This document shows, one piece after another, positions 56,184-61,381 of a stretch of 61,381 bases of DNA. The position numbers and the translations under genes were made by a program. The notes below the pieces were generated by a model that did not search any database, was not told where the DNA came from, and saw only the letters and a list, made by a program, of their open reading frames with translations. Numbering within the stretch: position 1 is the first letter of the stretch; each line of letters starts with the position of its first letter. Source of the DNA: an uncultured Mycoplasmatota bacterium (lineage in GTDB: Bacteria > Bacillota_I > Bacilli_A > RF39 > UBA660); the NCBI GenBank assembly GCA_947569245.1, contig CANORV010000001.1, positions 1 to 61,381 of the forward strand, given 5' to 3'.

Positions 56184-56931
56184 TATCAATTCCTCCTATT
56201 AAAGCAAAAAAAGCATCTCTTAAATTCGTTGTTTTTGTATCCTTCTTTATTTTTTCACATGTTCCTTCTTTAATAATTACTCCCTTATTAATCATAATAA
56301 CATTATCACAAATATTCTCAGCTTCTTCCATATAATGTGTTGAATAAAGAATTGTCTTACCTCGTTTTTTTTCATTTTTTATAAATTCTAAAATTATCTG
56401 ACTAGAAATTATATCAAGTCCACTAGTTACCTCATCCAAAATGTAATATTTAGGATCATGAACTAAGCATCTAGCAATATTTACTCTTTGAGTTTGACCA
56501 GTTGAAAGTTTTTCTATTTTATTATGTAAAAAGTCCTGCATATCTAAGGTTTTTACTATTTTTTCTATTCTTTCTTCTTGTTTACTATTATCAACTTCAT
56601 ATATCTCACAACACATTTTTAAAAGTTCATAAGTAGATAAAGATTGATATATTTTTGTATTTCCTGATAAATAAGCAATATTTTTCTTTATTGCTATTTC
56701 ATCATTAGCATAAGTTAAATCATCAAAGGAAATTTTTCCATCAGTTGGTTCTAATATACCAGCGATCATTCTAAGTAATGTTGTTTTTCCAGCTCCATTT
56801 GGACCTAAAATTCCAACAATTTCCCCATCTTTAGCATTAAACGTAATACCATTATCAGCATAAAACTCCTCTTTCTGCTTTTTTTTATTAAGTCTAACAA
56901 ATTTCTTTTTTAAGTCCTCTACCTTTAACAT
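56173..56931 (-). CDS. ABC transporter ATP-binding protein (NatA-like)
   Basis: 'GPNGAGKTT', 'LSTGQTQRVNIARCL' and 'YILDEVTSGLD'. Start at MLKVEDL (TAGGAG RBS). Confidence 0.9.
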   Translation of the reverse strand: MLKVEDLKKKFVRLNKKKQKEEFYADNGITFNAKDGEIVGILGPNGAGKTTLLRMIAGILEPTDGKISFDDLTYANDEIAIKKNIAYLSGNTKIYQSLSTYELLKMCCEIYEVDNSKQEERIEKIVKTLDMQDFLHNKIEKLSTGQTQRVNIARCLVHDPKYYILDEVTSGLDIISSQIILEFIKNEKKRGKTILYSTHYMEEAENICDNVIMINKGVIIKEGTCEKIKKDTKTTNLRDAFFALIGGIDNEE

Positions 56932-57013
56932 AAAATCAACTCCTAACAATAAAATTATAACACAAAAAGAAAAATAGTATCTTAAATAACTAAAAAAATA
57001 CTATTTTTATATT

Positions 57014-57229
57014 TTAAAATAAATTCTCTATTAACTTATTGTCACTTATTTCCATAAAATCATCAAAACAATATTTTGCTGATGAATATTTTTTTATAAG
57101 AACATCAATTGAGTTAACTTTTCTATTTCTTTGATAACATCTACCACTAAGCAATTGTGATTTACAACTCTTTACTTCATAATTTCTAATACTTCCCACT
57201 AAATTTTCCATATTATAATTACCTTTCAT
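57014..57229 (-). CDS. hypothetical protein (71 aa)
   Basis: ORF only. Confidence 0.35.
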   Translation of the reverse strand: MKGNYNMENLVGSIRNYEVKSCKSQLLSGRCYQRNRKVNSIDVLIKKYSSAKYCFDDFMEISDNKLIENLF

Positions 57230-57337
57230 TCTTTTTTATGTAATCAAACCACTCACACAATATCCATTATATTACAAATATGATAAATTGAAAAGAAAAA
57301 AAATAAGAAATTTATCACTTTCAAAATTTCTTACTAA

Positions 57338-58009
57338 TTAACTTGTAATACTAGTATTATATTGACTATTAGAAGCTACACAAACAGCCTCTTCATATCC
57401 ACTATTTAAGCATGCATTCATTCGTTGTTCATACGTTGGATTAACACCAAGATAATTTGCAATTACTGTTATTTTACTATCAAACACTGCATCAATCATA
57501 TCTTCTGTAAGAACTAATGACTCATCTAACCACATCTTTAAAGAAAATGTTTTTGACTCACCATGATTCAAATATCCTGTCTCTAACATATATGAATCAG
57601 TAGCACCATCTACAGTAATATCTGCTACAGACCTATTTGAAAGTATTTCTGGATTTCTATCTTGAAATGCTATTTTTATAGATTCGTTATGAAGAAAAGT
57701 AGTAGTAGAAAGAACTTCCAAATTAACCTGATATGATGCATAATTATCACATACATTCGTTATCGTAAAAGTATAAGGTGTTTGTGTTAAACCAACACTA
57801 TCAGCTGTTGGAGAAGCACTTTCCATACTGATTGGACTATTATTATCCTGATAAGTAACTTTAAAACAGCCAGATGTAACAATATTCTTTTCTGTTTGTG
57901 AAATAACTAACTGCCATAATGCAAAACTAGTACTAATAACTGTAATTAAAATTAATAAAATAATTAACGATGCTAGCATCTTTTTTCTACTGACTTTTAT
58001 ACTTTTCAT
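57338..58009 (-). CDS. secreted or membrane-anchored protein, unknown function
   Basis: The N-terminal 'KKMLASLIILLILITVISTSFALW' is signal- or anchor-like. Confidence 0.55.
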   Translation of the reverse strand: MKSIKVSRKKMLASLIILLILITVISTSFALWQLVISQTEKNIVTSGCFKVTYQDNNSPISMESASPTADSVGLTQTPYTFTITNVCDNYASYQVNLEVLSTTTFLHNESIKIAFQDRNPEILSNRSVADITVDGATDSYMLETGYLNHGESKTFSLKMWLDESLVLTEDMIDAVFDSKITVIANYLGVNPTYEQRMNACLNSGYEEAVCVASNSQYNTSITS

Positions 58010-58173
58010 AATGCCTAGCCTCCTATTTAATATAATTTTAGCACATCCTCGAGCCTATTACAATATATTTTGTACAAAATAATATCAACTTTTCTTTACA
58101 TAAAAATTTGAATACAGTATAATAATTCTAATATTTAAAAGCAACAAAATCTACAGTAATAAAGGAGTAAAAC

Positions 58174-58803
58174 ATGAAAAGATATAAACAAACTGAAATA
58201 GATGAATTAGCAAATATTTTAAAACAGGATGGCATAATCAGTGTCCCTACTGATACCGTATTTGGAATCTGTTGTCGTATTAATTCAAAGAATGCTTATA
58301 ACAAATTAATGACTATTAAAAATCGTCCTTCTGATATGTCATTTCCTGTAATGGTCCTAAATGAGAAACAAATTGCAGATATTGCTATTTTAAATGACAA
58401 CATAAAAAAACTAATTTATGCATTCATGCCTGGACCAATTACTCTAGTTTTAAATAAAAAATCAACAGCACTTACCTACATAAATAATGGTGGTTTAAGA
58501 GAAACTGATGAAATAGCAATTAGGATGGCACCTACTAAAGCATTAGAAAATCTAATTTATAAAGCCGAAAGTCCCATTTTTATGACCAGTGCTAACAAAA
58601 GCGGACAACCAACCTGTACTAGTGTTGAAGAAATAGAAAAATCATTTCCAAATTTAGATGGAATCATGGAAGGAAATATTACATTTGGTATGGCTAGTAC
58701 AATAGTAGATTGTACAAAAGAAGAAATAAAAATTCAAAGAAAAGGACCTATATCAGAGGAACAAATAATAAAAGTATTAAAAAAAGGACAAAAAATCAAA
58801 TAA
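58174..58803 (+). CDS. tsaC: L-threonylcarbamoyladenylate synthase (Sua5/YrdC/YwlC family)
   Basis: 'GIISVPTDTVFGI', 'IKNRP...PVMV', 'PGPITLVL' and 'SANKSG' are canonical. Confidence 0.85.
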   Translation: MKRYKQTEIDELANILKQDGIISVPTDTVFGICCRINSKNAYNKLMTIKNRPSDMSFPVMVLNEKQIADIAILNDNIKKLIYAFMPGPITLVLNKKSTALTYINNGGLRETDEIAIRMAPTKALENLIYKAESPIFMTSANKSGQPTCTSVEEIEKSFPNLDGIMEGNITFGMASTIVDCTKEEIKIQRKGPISEEQIIKVLKKGQKIK

Positions 58804-58960
58804 ATTTATATTAAATATATATTTAACTCTGGACTTCATTTGGCGGTTATAGTTCATGTACTTCAAGATTTATTTAAGTACTTTTACCTTTATTTTAATA
58901 AATTTAAAAATGCTTAGATTTAACAAGTATTAGATGAATTTTAAAATTTTGGGAGTTGAA

Positions 58961-58990
58961 AAGGTAGTTGGCAATTTGAACTACCTTTTT
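58961..58990 (+). terminator. bidirectional hairpin terminator between tsaC and the GNAT gene
   Basis: AAGGTAGTT-(9 nt)-AACTACCTT followed by TTT. Confidence 0.45.
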
Positions 58991-59058
58991 ATATTGTTAA
59001 TTGTGAATATCCTTCATCTATTATTTCATATCCTGATTTTTCGTTTTTAATCTAACTT

Positions 59059-59523
59059 CTATACATCTTTACAAATATTTTTGGCACCTTTAAGTTTAGA
59101 GTATTGCATAAAATATCTATTTTCAGTATCTGATATTACATTAAAACCAAGTTTTTCATATAATCTAAATGCATTTATATTATTTTTATACACCCATAAA
59201 TAAACTATATTATTATTTTCTAATATATCTTTTATTATACTAGTTCCTATTTTCCTATTTCTATATTCCTCTTCAATAAATATTTCATCCAATATAACAC
59301 CATCTAGATGTTTTAAAACTAATATACATCCAATAATTTTATTATCTAATTTTACAACTTTATAATCATTTATTTGCTTAGGAATAGAACTATTAACATA
59401 ATTGTTAATTTTAGTAAATTCCTCTTCTGACAAATCTTTAGCATGTTTTAATATACTACTTAGTTTATATTTAATAAGTAAATCTAAATTATCAACAGTA
59501 GCACTTTCTAATTGATACAACAT
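59059..59523 (-). CDS. GNAT-family N-acetyltransferase
   Basis: 'EEEYRNRKIGTSIIKDIL' is the acetyl-CoA-binding region. 'NINAFRLYEKLGF' is the typical C-terminal motif. Confidence 0.8.
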   Translation of the reverse strand: MLYQLESATVDNLDLLIKYKLSSILKHAKDLSEEEFTKINNYVNSSIPKQINDYKVVKLDNKIIGCILVLKHLDGVILDEIFIEEEYRNRKIGTSIIKDILENNNIVYLWVYKNNINAFRLYEKLGFNVISDTENRYFMQYSKLKGAKNICKDV

Positions 59524-59629
59524 AATTTCACCACCTTTATTACATTATACCATCAAATTACTCCATTTTCATTTAATTACACAAACAAAATAATTAATTT
59601 ATATACATTTTCCTACTTAATTAGCAATT

Positions 59630-59667
59630 GAAAAATAAAATCACAGTATCATTAAATACACTGTGAT
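59630..59667 (-). terminator. rho-independent terminator after the 263-aa Cys-rich gene
   Basis: Minus strand reads ATCACAGT-(12 nt)-ACTGTGAT followed by TTTTATTTTT. Confidence 0.5.
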
Positions 59668-59719
59668 TAATGCTAAAAAGCTCATATTTTTTATTTTAGA
59701 CGAATACTTAAAATACTCA

Positions 59720-60511
59720 TTATATATTAATTGTTCTCATCAAAACTTTTTTTCTTCCAATTAACTCAGGATTAGTCCAACCTAAACAATTGTTTCCTTG
59801 TGGTTTCAAAGATTCATCTAATCCAACTTTTTCATGATATTCAACATTGCAACTTACATTATTACAATTAGTACAGCTCCTATTTTCTATTAATTGTTTT
59901 AGGTATTCTCTTTCTTCATAAGATAATACTGATGCTACTTTAATATAAAATTCACTTGGATTTTCAACAATCTTTTCAATTACATCTTCCAATGCAGAAC
60001 TATTTGTTTTTGTAATCTCCATATCGATAGTTCTCTTTTTTAAACAATTTTCAAATTTTTTACACTTATCTAGTGTTTTCTGATGTTTCATTTTCAATTT
60101 TCCAACATTACTTTCAAATTCATCATTATAGGGTAAACATCCTATTTCCTGATATAAAATATCCTCGTTTAATTTATTTACTACAGTCAAAGTATCACTA
60201 TAACTATCAAATAATTGATTTACACAAATGGAATTAGTACATTCAGAGTAAATATTAAACTCAGGAATTGAATGTTCAGAATGTACTTCAATTTCAGTAC
60301 AAACTTTTTTATATGGAAAAACAACTTCATACAAAGTCTTATAATTACCATCACCTAAATATAATTTTTTTTCACTGACAACATAACATTTAGACACAAT
60401 ATTAGCTACTACTCTACATTCTTGTCCTAATTTTCCATAAGAACAATCATTTTCTTTAACTGGCATAACTGCATATTTAATTGGATATTTAACTTCTTTT
60501 TTCTCCTTCAC
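59720..60511 (-). CDS. Cys-rich hypothetical protein
   Basis: 263-aa ORF. GTG start with an AAGGAGG RBS. C-terminal 'CTNCNNVSCN' plus 'NNCLGW'. Confidence 0.55.
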   Translation of the reverse strand: MKEKKEVKYPIKYAVMPVKENDCSYGKLGQECRVVANIVSKCYVVSEKKLYLGDGNYKTLYEVVFPYKKVCTEIEVHSEHSIPEFNIYSECTNSICVNQLFDSYSDTLTVVNKLNEDILYQEIGCLPYNDEFESNVGKLKMKHQKTLDKCKKFENCLKKRTIDMEITKTNSSALEDVIEKIVENPSEFYIKVASVLSYEEREYLKQLIENRSCTNCNNVSCNVEYHEKVGLDESLKPQGNNCLGWTNPELIGRKKVLMRTINI

Positions 60512-60937
60512 AATAAAACCTCCTTAACAAAGTTATTATAACATTAAAAGTTTAATTCTTTTTACAAAATTTTTTTAAGTCTAATTACCAAAATGTTTAC
60601 TTTCAATCAGTATATCGTCTTTTTTCATAAAACTCTTAATTAAAAAAATCTACAAACATAATCAATGTAATGAGCAAAACAAAGAATATCAACATCATAT
60701 CATATAATAATGCAATATTTTTTTAATTTTTATCATAAATAAAGCACCAATTAATATGAACTACAACTACTAGTTTAACAGTTGTCAGTTAAAAATTTTC
60801 CAGTTTGTATTTATTACTCTCAAATTAAAAAGTTCAAGTTATCCTCAAATTTGGTGTGATAAAAGAGCCTATTTTGAACTCTTGTACCAAAGTGGTTTGA
60901 TAAATATCAATTACAATATTATTTTAACAAAATATAG

Positions 60938-60968
60938 GAAAAATAACAATAATTTTGTGAATATTGTT
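60938..60968 (-). terminator. hairpin terminator after the 78-aa ORF
   Basis: AACAATA-(10 nt)-TATTGTT with T-runs on both strands. Confidence 0.45.
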
Positions 60969-60971
60969 TTT

Positions 60972-61208
60972 TTATTCTGAATCTTTTATTTGTTGCATTG
61001 ATTCTTCATAAGTTGCCATACATATATTATCATTTGCATCTACAAGTATCAATAATGGTGCTCCCACATATGATGGTTGCACTTTATTAAAAATTGGTTC
61101 AAAACATTTAAACCCATTCCATTCACACAGATATTCTGCATTTTCATAACCACGTTCCTTAGCAAATTTTTGAACTTTCTTAGATAATTCTTCTGATATA
61201 TTATTCAC
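60972..61208 (-). CDS. hypothetical protein (78 aa)
   Basis: ORF with a GTG start. The frame stays open about 100 nt upstream without an ATG, so the start is uncertain. Confidence 0.4.
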   Translation of the reverse strand: MNNISEELSKKVQKFAKERGYENAEYLCEWNGFKCFEPIFNKVQPSYVGAPLLILVDANDNICMATYEESMQQIKDSE

Positions 61209-61381
61209 TTTTTCAAATAGTTCTTGTGAATACTTTTTGACTCTTATAATTTCATCTAAAGATAGTTCAGTTGTCTTCTTACAATAAGATTTAATTCATT
61301 CTCATTGTCGTTTGCAGGAATAATTAACCTGGTGTTAGTATAGATATATAGACACGAAATTTCGAACGATGTGATATAATA

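Noticed and set aside
1-61381. CRISPR arrays, rRNA genes, IS transposases and integrases
   Set aside because: No regularly spaced direct repeats, no rRNA-like sequence, and no DDE, tyrosine or serine recombinase motifs were seen in any ORF of the track or in the intergenic regions I read.

Overview
A 61.4-kb, very AT-rich window (roughly 27% G+C by eye) from a low-GC, spore-forming Firmicute; it looks Clostridia- or Erysipelotrichia-like, but I cannot name the species. Coding density is high and standard code 11 fits, with TGA, TAA and TAG all used as stops. Well-supported content: (i) a type II restriction-modification pair with an HhaI-like C5-methyltransferase (0.2-2.0 kb); (ii) a tandem-domain ThyX-like protein, two flavoproteins, a GNAT and a RumA-type rRNA methyltransferase (2.3-10.6 kb); (iii) a GerA-family germinant receptor operon in A-C-B order (10.7-14.2 kb); (iv) an orphan XRE/holin/M23-SH3 endolysin cassette (14.9-16.7 kb) next to tRNA-Thr(GGU); (v) two integrase-less segments downstream of the tRNA (16.9-24.5 kb), bounded by three direct copies of the tRNA 3' end region. 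These segments carry a type-I-toxin-like 27-aa ORF, a 5'-truncated MobV relaxase, a five-gene enzyme operon, a nonsense-disrupted GH16 gene and a NUDIX gene; (vi) an AraC/GyrI regulator followed by a five-gene cluster of unknown function (25.6-31.4 kb: HerA/DUF87-like ATPase, Cys-rich repeat protein, transglutaminase-fold protein, PcfJ-like protein, P-loop kinase-like protein). I consider this cluster the best candidate for an undescribed system; (vii) a seven-gene arginine operon combining an ABC importer, arcA-arcB-arcC and a YfcC-type carrier (33.8-40.6 kb); (viii) a T-box leader controlling a stand-alone YbaK/ProX-type deacylase; (ix) a long minus-strand run of poorly characterised membrane and regulatory genes, two ABC exporters, tsaC and GNATs. 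No rRNA, CRISPR array, transposase or integrase was found. All family assignments come from motifs read by eye and recalled family signatures, with no database search. Start codons were moved from the ORF track where a Shine-Dalgarno sequence supports an internal start.
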